DNA of 34,636 nucleotides from Candidatus Hydrogenedentota bacterium (GTDB taxonomy: Bacteria; Hydrogenedentota; Hydrogenedentia; Hydrogenedentales; SLHB01), in contig JAWXCN010000022.1 of the NCBI GenBank assembly GCA_034408725.1, positions 1 to 34,636 of the forward strand, written 5' to 3'. How positions within the stretch are numbered: the first letter of the stretch is position 1; each line of letters begins with the position of its first letter. The notes beneath the pieces are model-generated. The model was given only the letters and a program-made list of their open reading frames with translations, was not told the origin of the DNA and did no database searches. Position numbers and translations under genes: made by a program. This document shows, one piece after another, positions 1-8,300 of the stretch.

Positions 1-109
1 CAGGAACCAACGTGATGCCTGGCGTGTCTTCTTGAAACACACCATAATCATCTTCGTTCTTCCGCTTGCGGCGGCCTATATCAGTCTGCGCGGCAACTTC
101 AATGCGCAT
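1..109 (-). CDS. PP2C/Stp1-family Ser/Thr protein phosphatase, 5' fragment (runs off window start)
   Basis: Not in the ORF track. Hand translation from ATG at 109 gives MRIEVAAQTDIGRRKRKNEDDYGVF..., matching the PP2C N-terminal TDxGxxRxxNED motif. AAGGAG RBS at 115-120. Confidence 0.8.
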   Translation of the reverse strand, partial: MRIEVAAQTDIGRRKRKNEDDYGVFQEDTPGITLVP

Positions 110-209
110 GAAATCTCCTTGGACCTGCGGTATGGGAACCATAGCAAAGCAACAAACGGCTGGGCAACCGCAATTTCCTGTTGCGGAATGTTGGCGTTCG
201 CGTAAAAGG

Positions 210-238
210 TTGACTACCTTGTGCAGCATGGCTAGAAT
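210..238 (+). promoter_or_regulatory. sigma70-type promoter for the DnaA-like/coiled-coil gene
   Basis: TTGACT (210-215), 17-nt spacer, TAGAAT (233-238), lying 42 nt before the ATG at 281. Confidence 0.65.
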
Positions 239-280
239 CGCAGTTACCCTTGTTGGCGTACTGCGGGGATTGATAAGGGC

Positions 281-2932
281 ATGAAACGCTTCAACTTCGG
301 AACCTTTCTCGTCGACGATTCCAATCGTCGCGCGTTTCAACTTTGCCAGGATATAGCGGAGCTCAAGCCCGTTTCACCGTTGCCGGCTGTTCTATTGGGC
401 GACGAAGGCTGCGGCAAAACGCACCTCCTCTATTCCATTGTCAATCGTATTCGCGCCGGCACCACCAAAACGGGCCTCGCATATGTCACCGCGGCCGACT
501 TTCCCGATCAGGTCCGGCAGCTAATTGACGATCCGTCTCCGGTCGAGCGCGCGCAGAGCGCGGTGCTGCTGGTGGATCAACTGGACCGATTCACCGACCT
601 GATCGATGAACTCGAGGCCGTGGTCCGCATCTTTCTTGATCACCACCACTACGTCGTGCTCGCGACGAAAGTGCATCCCGGCAGGCTGCAAAACCTCTCG
701 CCAGGTTTCCGCGCGATCATCGAATCCGGGCAAGTCATCCAAATCGTGCCGCGGGGCGCCGAATCACAAATCGAAACCATCAAGCGGCAGCTACGCGAAG
801 AATCCGACACCCAGCTCGCCAACAAGCAGCAGGAAATCGAGCAGTTGCGTTCGCTGCTCAATCGTGTCGGCAAAGAAAATAATCCCGAAGCGCCGGCCAA
901 CGTCGCCGCGTTGCGCGCGGAACTCGAAGCCGAACGCATCGCGAAAGCGGACATGGGCCGCAAACTTGCCGAAGCGCGTGAAGCCGCGGAAAACGCGCGC
1001 GAAGAAGCATCACGTGTGCTCGGCGTTGCGTCAACGGACGCGGACGATCTTGAAGCAACCCGCAATGCCTCGCGCGTGACCGAACTCGAACGGCTCGCCG
1101 ATGCCTTGCGCGAAGAAGCAAACCAGGCGCGCATGGAAGCATCGGAAAACCTCGATACTGCGCGCGAACTTCATGAACAGCTCGAACAAATTCGCGCTGA
1201 CGCCGCAAGACATGTCATCGCGGCGGATGAAGCGCGCGAACAGGTCGAGCGCGTCGAGACGGAAACCACCGAGGCATTCGCCAGGGCCGGCGCCGCGGAC
1301 GCGGAGCTCGAGGTTGTCCGCGCCGCAATTGCCGCCGAACAGCAGACCGTCCACGACCTGAAGTCGCGGATGGAACAACTGGAATCTGAATCCGCCGCCG
1401 AACGCGCACGGTTCGACGAATTGCGAGAGGAGCTGGAACAGACGCACGCTACGTCCAGCCAGCGCGGTTCACAGTTGGCCGAACTACAGGGCCTGTTCGA
1501 CCAAACCAGCGGCGAAGCATCCGGCGCGCGTGAACAGTACGCCGCGGTACAGGAGGAACTGCAAGAAACGTCGGCGCAACTCGCGCAGGCGGAAGGTTCC
1601 TCGCGGCAATTGCGCGAACATCTTCAACAAGTTCAGGCCGAAGCCGAATCATTGCGCGCGCAAGCCGATGCGCAACGCGCCGAAGTGGACGAACTCCATG
1701 CGCAACTCGCCGCTGCCCGCGAAGAATCCCAACGCGCCGGCGCCGAAGCGGAAAGCATGCGCGCCGTGATGTCGGACACGGATCGCTTGCAGCAGGAGTT
1801 CGCCGACGTGAAATCGGCCCTCGACGAGGCGCGGGGAGATGCCCAGCGCCATCAACGCGAGCGCGACGAGCTGGAAGCCCAAGGCACCACGCTCACCGCG
1901 CAGTTGGACGAAACCCGCGCGGAATCCAATGCAGTCGTGAACCGCATGCAGACAGTGTTGGCCCAGATCGAATCCGTGCGCGAACGCGCCCACGATCAGC
2001 GCGAAGCGCAACGCGCGCAGATCGAAGAATTGGAAGCGCTGCTCGAAACGCAGGCCCGCGCCGCGGTCCAGCCCGATGTACTCGCCGCGGTCAAAGCCCA
2101 GGCCGACGACGCTGTCGCGCAGATCGATGCGCTCCGTCACGACTTTGATCGCGAACGTGCGGAAATGGCTTCCGCGCACACCGCGACGCAAGCCGGGTAC
2201 GATGCGCAGATTCAATCCCTGCGCCACGAACTCGACTCGACCCGCGCCGAGGCAGAACAGGTCGATTCCGAACGCGAAACGCTGCACGTCGAACTCGAAC
2301 GGATTAAACACGACGTCGAATCCACCCGCGCGCACATCGGCGAACTCATCCAGGCGCGCGAATCCGCCGCGGCGACCTACCTCGAAACCGAACGAGACCG
2401 CGAACAGTTGCGCGCATCATCCGCCCAGGAACGCGAACAACGCATGAAGTTCCAAAGCGAAGCCGCGAAACTGCGCGCCGAACGCGACGCCGCGCGCGCC
2501 AAACTTGATAGCGTCGAGCAATCGCTAAACGAACGCATCGCGGAACTCGACACCATGAAACGCAACGCCGCCGCCGCCCAATCGCTCGCGGGTGAACTCG
2601 AAAGCCGCATCGCCCGCCTCGAAACCGAACGAGAATCCCTCAAACAAACCGCGCGAAACCTCCAGTCCCAAATGGAAAACGTCGCCAACAACCTCATGCA
2701 AAGCGGCCAGGCATTCTTCGCGGCTCTCGGCGGGAACCCCGCATCCAACCCAGGCGCAAACGGAAATGACGATTCACAACCCGACACCCGCTCCACCTCC
2801 CCCTTCGGCAATACCCCGGCGCGCCTGGCCGATACCCCCGGCGAATCCTGGGGCCCCGGCGGCGTATCCGTGCTGCGCCCACTTGATGATCTGGAACCAT
2901 TTGATGAGGAAGGTTCTGGCCGGGATATATAA
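281..2932 (+). CDS. DnaA/Hda-type AAA+ ATPase domain fused to a long coiled coil (not a canonical DnaA)
   Basis: aa 1-157 align by eye with DnaA domain IIIa (FNFGTFLVDDSNRRA; Walker A GDEGCGKTHLL; Walker B VLLVDQ). aa ~160-815 are E/A/Q/R/L-rich heptad coiled coil, followed by a disordered Pro/Gly/acidic tail. Confidence 0.75.
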   Translation: MKRFNFGTFLVDDSNRRAFQLCQDIAELKPVSPLPAVLLGDEGCGKTHLLYSIVNRIRAGTTKTGLAYVTAADFPDQVRQLIDDPSPVERAQSAVLLVDQLDRFTDLIDELEAVVRIFLDHHHYVVLATKVHPGRLQNLSPGFRAIIESGQVIQIVPRGAESQIETIKRQLREESDTQLANKQQEIEQLRSLLNRVGKENNPEAPANVAALRAELEAERIAKADMGRKLAEAREAAENAREEASRVLGVASTDADDLEATRNASRVTELERLADALREEANQARMEASENLDTARELHEQLEQIRADAARHVIAADEAREQVERVETETTEAFARAGAADAELEVVRAAIAAEQQTVHDLKSRMEQLESESAAERARFDELREELEQTHATSSQRGSQLAELQGLFDQTSGEASGAREQYAAVQEELQETSAQLAQAEGSSRQLREHLQQVQAEAESLRAQADAQRAEVDELHAQLAAAREESQRAGAEAESMRAVMSDTDRLQQEFADVKSALDEARGDAQRHQRERDELEAQGTTLTAQLDETRAESNAVVNRMQTVLAQIESVRERAHDQREAQRAQIEELEALLETQARAAVQPDVLAAVKAQADDAVAQIDALRHDFDRERAEMASAHTATQAGYDAQIQSLRHELDSTRAEAEQVDSERETLHVELERIKHDVESTRAHIGELIQARESAAATYLETERDREQLRASSAQEREQRMKFQSEAAKLRAERDAARAKLDSVEQSLNERIAELDTMKRNAAAAQSLAGELESRIARLETERESLKQTARNLQSQMENVANNLMQSGQAFFAALGGNPASNPGANGNDDSQPDTRSTSPFGNTPARLADTPGESWGPGGVSVLRPLDDLEPFDEEGSGRDI

Positions 2933-3205
2933 GGCGAAGCAAAACGCTCACGTGAAAGGCAGGCTTTCCGAGCTTCGAGGCGCCCGTGCCGCTAACATCT
3001 GCCTTCGCCAAATCTTTTAATCTTCCTTCGAGACTTTGATGCGTTTCCTTCTCTGCGCCCCCGGTATTTGCAAAATCTACGAACGATTGTCTCTGTGCAA
3101 ATCTCTCGCCATGGACAAGGATGGTTTCGCGTTGAAATCGCTTTGGTGTTTGTTTGGGTGGTATCCTTTTACCTTTATGGCCTTTCACTCATTTGGTGGC
3201 GATAC

Positions 3206-4039
3206 GTGTTGGACCAACAGAACCTGATTCGCGCGGCGTTGCGCGAGGACATTGGGCACGGCGACGTGACAACGCTGGCGCTCGTGCGCGCGGATGCGCG
3301 GTGCCGCGTGCGGTTGCACGCGAAGCAGGGCGGCGTGGCGAGCGGGATGGGTGTGTTTCGCGGGGTGTTCGACGAGCTCGATGCGGACGTGGCCGAATGG
3401 TCGGCGATGGATGATGGCGCGCGGTTTGCCGGGGGCGATACGCTGGTGTCGTTTGCGGGGGCGACGCGAGCGGTGTTGAGCGGGGAGCGTGTGGCGCTGA
3501 ATTTTGTGCAGCGGCTTTCGGGGATCGCGACGCAGACGGCGGCGATGGCGGAGCGCGTTCAGGGGTTGCCCGTGCGCATTTGCGATACGCGTAAGACGAC
3601 TCCATTGCTGCGGGCGCTCGAGAAGCAGGCCGTGTTGCACGGCGGCGGCGCAAACCACCGGTTTGGGTTGTACGACGGCGTGCTCATTAAGGAGAATCAT
3701 ATAGCCGCGGCGGGCGGCGTTGGCGAGGCGGTGCGGCGCGCGGCGCGGCATGCGCATCACCTGATGAAAATTGAATGCGAGGTCACGGACCTTGATGAGT
3801 TTGACGAGGCGGTCGCGGCGGGGGCGCAGGTGATCCTGCTCGACAACATGCCGCTTGATGCCATGCGGGAGGCGGTGAAGCGCGCGAAGGGTTCGGGTGT
3901 GTTGCTCGAGGCGAGCGGCAACGTCACGTTGGAACGCGTGCGTGCGATTGCGGAGACAGGCGTGGACATCATTTCGGCGGGGTCGCTCACGCATTCCGCG
4001 CCGGCGATTGATCTGTCGCTCGATATTTCCAATGCCTGA
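3206..4039 (+). CDS. nadC: nicotinate-nucleotide pyrophosphorylase (quinolinate phosphoribosyltransferase)
   Basis: Motifs EDIGHGDVTT, ERVALNF, DTRKTTP, NHRFGLYD..LIKENH, LLDNM, EASGN. Start is likely GTG 3206 or TTG 3209 rather than 3068. Confidence 0.95.
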   Translation: MLDQQNLIRAALREDIGHGDVTTLALVRADARCRVRLHAKQGGVASGMGVFRGVFDELDADVAEWSAMDDGARFAGGDTLVSFAGATRAVLSGERVALNFVQRLSGIATQTAAMAERVQGLPVRICDTRKTTPLLRALEKQAVLHGGGANHRFGLYDGVLIKENHIAAAGGVGEAVRRAARHAHHLMKIECEVTDLDEFDEAVAAGAQVILLDNMPLDAMREAVKRAKGSGVLLEASGNVTLERVRAIAETGVDIISAGSLTHSAPAIDLSLDISNA

Positions 4040-4772
4040 CACCGCGACGCGCCCTCCCCTGCTCGCGACGCCGTTGGTGACGCACGTCGTCGGCTCTCGC
4101 GTGTTGATCTACGAGAGCATCGGCTCTACCAGCGATTGCGCGTTGCGCCTTGGGGGCGACGGCACGGTAATCGTCGCGAATGAGCAGACGGCAGGCCGCG
4201 GCAGGCACGGTCGCACATGGCACAGCGAGGCGGGCAAAGGGTTGTGGTTCAGCGTTGCGTTCGAGCATGCGATAGAGGGATTGGCGTTTGCCGCGCCGCT
4301 GGCCGTGCGAGACGCAGTTGCGCCGCTGGTGCGCGCGACGATTAAATGGCCCAACGATGTGTTGATCGGTGGCAGAAAATTCTGCGGCGTGTTGATTGAA
4401 ACGAGGCGGGGCCGCACCGCGCTGGGCATAGGCATCAACGCGCATCATGCCGAATCGGATTTTCCGGATGAGCTGCATGGGCGCGCGACTTCCATTGAAG
4501 CGGCGACGGGGGTGCATTGGGACCGCGGCGAATTGTTGCGCGATGTTTTGACCCGCCTTGATGAACGGATTATGGTGATCCGATCAGGCGGACTGGATGG
4601 GGTGTTCGCTGAGTGGGCGGAGGCGTGCGGCCTTGTTGGCAGGCGCATGCGCGCGGCGGGGATGGAAGGCCGCGTACACGCGATTGACACGGACGGCGCG
4701 CTCGTGATGGAAACGGCGGCGGGGTTGCGCCGCGTGTTGTTCGGCGAGCCGATAGAATTGGAGGGAAACTAG
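4032..4772 (+). CDS. birA: biotin-[acetyl-CoA carboxylase] ligase lacking the N-terminal HTH (monofunctional)
   Basis: Motifs QTAGRGRHGRTW, KWPND, KFCGVL, GIGIN. ATG 4032 overlaps the nadC stop. Confidence 0.9.
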   Translation: MPDTATRPPLLATPLVTHVVGSRVLIYESIGSTSDCALRLGGDGTVIVANEQTAGRGRHGRTWHSEAGKGLWFSVAFEHAIEGLAFAAPLAVRDAVAPLVRATIKWPNDVLIGGRKFCGVLIETRRGRTALGIGINAHHAESDFPDELHGRATSIEAATGVHWDRGELLRDVLTRLDERIMVIRSGGLDGVFAEWAEACGLVGRRMRAAGMEGRVHAIDTDGALVMETAAGLRRVLFGEPIELEGN

Positions 4773-4775
4773 CGC

Positions 4776-5552
4776 ATGTTGCTCGTCATGGACGTTGGCA
4801 ACTCGCATACGAAGCTCGGCTTGTATGACGGCGAGTCTCTCATTGCGCATTGGCGGCTGGCGACAACGTCGGCGCGAACGACAGACGAGCTGCGCATTAT
4901 GCTTACGAGCCTGCTCTCGCAGGACGACATATCACCACGGTCGATAACCGGGTGCTGCATCGCGAGCGTGGTGCCGCCGGTGAACCCGATGATCGAGGCG
5001 ATGTGCAACGTGATGTTCGGCGTAGCACCTCTATTCGTAGTGCCGGGCGTGCGCACTCGGATTACCATAAAGGTGGAAAACCCGAAGGAAGTCGGCGCGG
5101 ACCGTATCGTGAATTCCGTTGCGGCATCGGAAGCATTTGGCGGGCCGGTGGTGGTCGTGGATTTGGGTACGGCGACCAAGTTCGAGGTCATCTCCGAGCA
5201 TGCGGAATATCTTGGCGGGGTCATCGCGCCCGGCGTGCAGATTTCCGCGGACGCATTGTTCGATCGCTGCGCAAAACTGGCACGCGTAGAAATCATCACC
5301 CCGGACCATGTCATCGGCAAGGACACCGTATCGCACATTCGCGCGGGCCTGACGTATGGTAACGCGGGCATGGTGGACGGACTCGTCGCGCGGATTGCGC
5401 ACGAAATGCGCGCAACGCCGACAGTCGTGGCGACGGGCGGATTCGCCCCGTTGATCGGGCCCTTGTGCAGCCGGATCAATCACGTCGATCCGCTGCTCAC
5501 ATTGAAAGGGTTGCGCGCGGTATTTTCAAAAAATGAGAAGTCACTCGTATGA
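4776..5552 (+). CDS. coaX: type III pantothenate kinase
   Basis: Motifs DVGNS, SVVP, GADR, DLGTAT, GGVIAPG, ATGG; birA-coaX synteny. Confidence 0.95.
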   Translation: MLLVMDVGNSHTKLGLYDGESLIAHWRLATTSARTTDELRIMLTSLLSQDDISPRSITGCCIASVVPPVNPMIEAMCNVMFGVAPLFVVPGVRTRITIKVENPKEVGADRIVNSVAASEAFGGPVVVVDLGTATKFEVISEHAEYLGGVIAPGVQISADALFDRCAKLARVEIITPDHVIGKDTVSHIRAGLTYGNAGMVDGLVARIAHEMRATPTVVATGGFAPLIGPLCSRINHVDPLLTLKGLRAVFSKNEKSLV

Positions 5553-6166
5553 GGCGCGGACTTGCACTCGCGTGTGCGTTTCTCGCCGCGGCGTGTTCGC
5601 AAAAACCGGTGGAGACGACGGTTGCACCGGCCCCGGCGCAGACCGCGGAAATGCCTGCTGCTTCTCCCGACGCCGCGCCGGTGTCGACGCCTGGGCAAAT
5701 TCAGGAGCCTGAAGACTTTGCAACGATAGGCAACACTACCCTCCGGTTTTTTGATGACGTACTTGAAAGCGATCAACCCAAAACGCCCACCTTTGAATTG
5801 CGCGCGCCAAAACTTTCCATGACGGAAGACAACGTCTGGGTCGTTGAGCAGGCGACCGCAGTCGCGTTCGCCGAAGACGGATCGGAGACGACGTTCGTTG
5901 CGGGCGCGGGACGGTTTGATGACAACACAAAAACGGCGATATTGTCGGGCGGCGTGAACGTGACGTTCGGCACGCAGCAGGTCGCGTTGCAGGACATGAC
6001 GTGGTCGAACGAAACGCATACCGCTTCTTCGTCGAACCCGGTGACGGTGACCGACGGCGAGACCCGGCTGGAAGCGGCGAGTATGGAGTATCACGCCCAC
6101 ACCAAAACGCTTCTTCTCCACGGATTGTCCGGGACGGTCAGCATGAAGCGGGCACAGGCGGAATAA
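5549..6166 (+). CDS. lptC: LPS export protein LptC-like, with lipoprotein signal peptide
   Basis: Lipobox LAAA-C at aa 16, Pro/Ala linker, beta-rich domain (GRFDDNTKTAILSGGVNV, SSNPVTVTDG). Located upstream of the lptA-like gene and lptB. Confidence 0.7.
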   Translation: MRRGLALACAFLAAACSQKPVETTVAPAPAQTAEMPAASPDAAPVSTPGQIQEPEDFATIGNTTLRFFDDVLESDQPKTPTFELRAPKLSMTEDNVWVVEQATAVAFAEDGSETTFVAGAGRFDDNTKTAILSGGVNVTFGTQQVALQDMTWSNETHTASSSNPVTVTDGETRLEAASMEYHAHTKTLLLHGLSGTVSMKRAQAE

Positions 6167-7539
6167 TGCGCGCTAGCTGGACATGGCTGCTGGGGTGCAT
6201 ATTTTTTTGTGTGATGACACATGCACAGGAACAGACAAACGCGTTCGAGTATGTTGATATCACCAAAGGCGGGCTCGGCGAATTCGTGGACGGGCAACTG
6301 CGCCGCGTTACGGGGGGAGTCGAGCTTGCATTGCGCGCGGCCGATCCGGCGGCAAAGCCGATGGTGCTCAGCGCGCAAGACGTTACGTTTCTTTGGGGCG
6401 GCGATTCGTCTACGCCAAGTGGAATTCAGCTCAGCGGCGGTGTGAGCGTGGACGGCCCGCAGGGCCTGATAACGGCGAACCGCGCCGACCTGGACTTGAC
6501 CGCGGACACGTTGACCTTTTCAGGCAGCGTGCAGGGAAAATCGGAATCGATTGAGTCCTTTGCCGCCGAACGCATCGTGTACGACATGGCGTCCGGCAAT
6601 TCGGAAATGAGCGGGCTCTCCGCGCGCGGAATTAAGCTTGGCAAAGCCGGCGCGGCGGACGGTTTCTCTTCGATGAACATTGATCGCGCGGGTAACGTAG
6701 TCTCAAGCGGTGGCCAGGTGAGAACCATGCAGGGCGGCGTCGCGATTTCGCTTCAACCGCGCGGTGACGGGAAGCCGTTGGTGCTCCATGCGGGCGCGGC
6801 GACGTTTGCATGGAGCGGCGCGGGCGGTCAGCCCACGTCGATTGCGTTGCGTGGCGACGTGCGCGTCGATGGGCCGCAGGGCGCGATCAGCGCGGAGCGC
6901 GGCGATTTCGATCTCGCGAAAAAGCAGCTCGTGTTCTCGGGAAAAGTAAACGGAAGCCTGCCGCAGATAAAACGGTTCGATGCCGATACGCTGAACTACG
7001 CGATGGACGGCGGCGAAACCCTCATGACCAACGTGCGCGCGAAAGGCCTCGACCTTGGAACATCGGGGGAAAAGGAGACATCCAAAGACCCGAACGCGGG
7101 CAAGAGCTACACGAGCATGGACATCGAGAGCGCGCCGCAGGTTTCGCTCGAAGGCCAGAAGTTGAACTGGATGCGCGGAGGAGTAAAACTCGTGATGCAT
7201 TCGGCGGGCCCTGAAGAGAAACCCATGACGATCACTGCTCGGGAGATGTCGTTTGAGTATGGAGAAAGCGATGGCACGCGGCCCCAGCGCATCGTGCTCG
7301 ATGGCGGCGTGGACATGCAATCGCCGGAGCGGAACGTGACGTCGGACAGCGCGGCGCTGGATTTCGCGTCGAACACGCTGAAGTTTAACGGCAATGTCGC
7401 CATTGACACGCCCGACGTGAAGGAATCGACCGCGACGGAATTTTCGTACAACATCACAACGGGCCAAATTTCGTCGAAGGGTTTGAAGGCTAAAAGCATT
7501 CGCGTGTCCAACCCGGAAGAAGAAGAGGCGACCCCGTAG
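6166..7539 (+). CDS. LptA/OstA-like periplasmic protein with three tandem ~132-aa repeats
   Basis: ATG 6166 overlaps the lptC stop; Sec-type signal peptide; three alignable OstA-like units; occupies the lptA position between lptC and lptB. Confidence 0.7.
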   Translation: MRASWTWLLGCIFFCVMTHAQEQTNAFEYVDITKGGLGEFVDGQLRRVTGGVELALRAADPAAKPMVLSAQDVTFLWGGDSSTPSGIQLSGGVSVDGPQGLITANRADLDLTADTLTFSGSVQGKSESIESFAAERIVYDMASGNSEMSGLSARGIKLGKAGAADGFSSMNIDRAGNVVSSGGQVRTMQGGVAISLQPRGDGKPLVLHAGAATFAWSGAGGQPTSIALRGDVRVDGPQGAISAERGDFDLAKKQLVFSGKVNGSLPQIKRFDADTLNYAMDGGETLMTNVRAKGLDLGTSGEKETSKDPNAGKSYTSMDIESAPQVSLEGQKLNWMRGGVKLVMHSAGPEEKPMTITAREMSFEYGESDGTRPQRIVLDGGVDMQSPERNVTSDSAALDFASNTLKFNGNVAIDTPDVKESTATEFSYNITTGQISSKGLKAKSIRVSNPEEEEATP

Positions 7540-8283
7540 ATGGTGAACGCGGCCCCGGATGCGACGCTGTTGCGCGCGGAAGGGTTGGTAAAAAGTTTCA
7601 AGCGGCGCGTTGTCGTGAACGACGTGAACATTGCGCTCGCCGCGGGCGAGGTCGTTGGGCTGCTTGGGCCGAATGGCGCGGGCAAAACGACGACGTTTCG
7701 CATGGTGGTGGGTATGTTGCGGCCCAGCGCGGGCAAGATTTTCTTCAACAATACCGACATCACGCGGTACCCGATGTACAAACGCGCGCGCGCGGGTATG
7801 GCGTACTTGCCGCAGGAACCGTCGGTGTTTCGCAAACTCACGGTGCGCCAGAACCTGCTCGCGGTGCTCGAACATCTGCCCCTGCGGCGCGCGGAACGGC
7901 ACGCGCGCGCCGAAGAATTGATGAAAGACCTCAATATCACGCACCTCGCGGATGCGCCCGCGTACACGCTCTCCGGTGGTGAACGGCGCCGGACCGAAAT
8001 ATGCCGCGCGCTCGTGACGCACCCGAAAGTTTTTTTGTTGGACGAACCCTTCGCGGGAATCGACCCGATCGCCGTATCCGAGTTGCAGGACATCGTGCAT
8101 TCGCTCAAAGGCGCGGGAATCGGCGTGCTGATTACGGACCACAACGTGCGCGAAACGCTGGGCATCACGGACCGCGCGTACATTATTTTTGAAGGCAAGA
8201 TACAGGTTTCGGGCACGCCGGATGAAATTGCGAACAGTGAAATTGCGCGGCGTATTTATCTTGGCGAACGGTTCAGGATGTAA
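7540..8283 (+). CDS. lptB: LPS export ABC transporter ATP-binding protein
   Basis: Motifs [61 protein letters not shown]. Confidence 0.96.
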   Translation: MVNAAPDATLLRAEGLVKSFKRRVVVNDVNIALAAGEVVGLLGPNGAGKTTTFRMVVGMLRPSAGKIFFNNTDITRYPMYKRARAGMAYLPQEPSVFRKLTVRQNLLAVLEHLPLRRAERHARAEELMKDLNITHLADAPAYTLSGGERRRTEICRALVTHPKVFLLDEPFAGIDPIAVSELQDIVHSLKGAGIGVLITDHNVRETLGITDRAYIIFEGKIQVSGTPDEIANSEIARRIYLGERFRM

Positions 8284-8300
8284 AAGGGATCGCAGGCTGC

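Noticed and set aside
281-2932. Calling this gene dnaA, hda or smc
   Set aside because: It has no DnaA domains I/IV, no Hda clamp motif, and no SMC hinge or C-terminal signature/Walker B head.
3068-3205. N-terminal extensions in the ORF track (nadC; also birA, lptA-like, rph, sulfatase, NHL protein, amidohydrolase)
   Set aside because: Homology, RBS position and stop/start coupling favour the downstream starts given in the features.
7525-7539. LptA-like protein and S41 protease both end in EATP
   Set aside because: It is likely a by-product of the GAGG Shine-Dalgarno sequence for the next gene embedded in the 3' end, not a shared sorting signal.
6703-8142. 479-aa minus-strand ORF (likewise 3185-4042, 7107-8216, 20322-21566 and similar)
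   Set aside because: These are antisense shadows of well-supported genes, expected in GC-rich DNA, and have no recognisable motifs.
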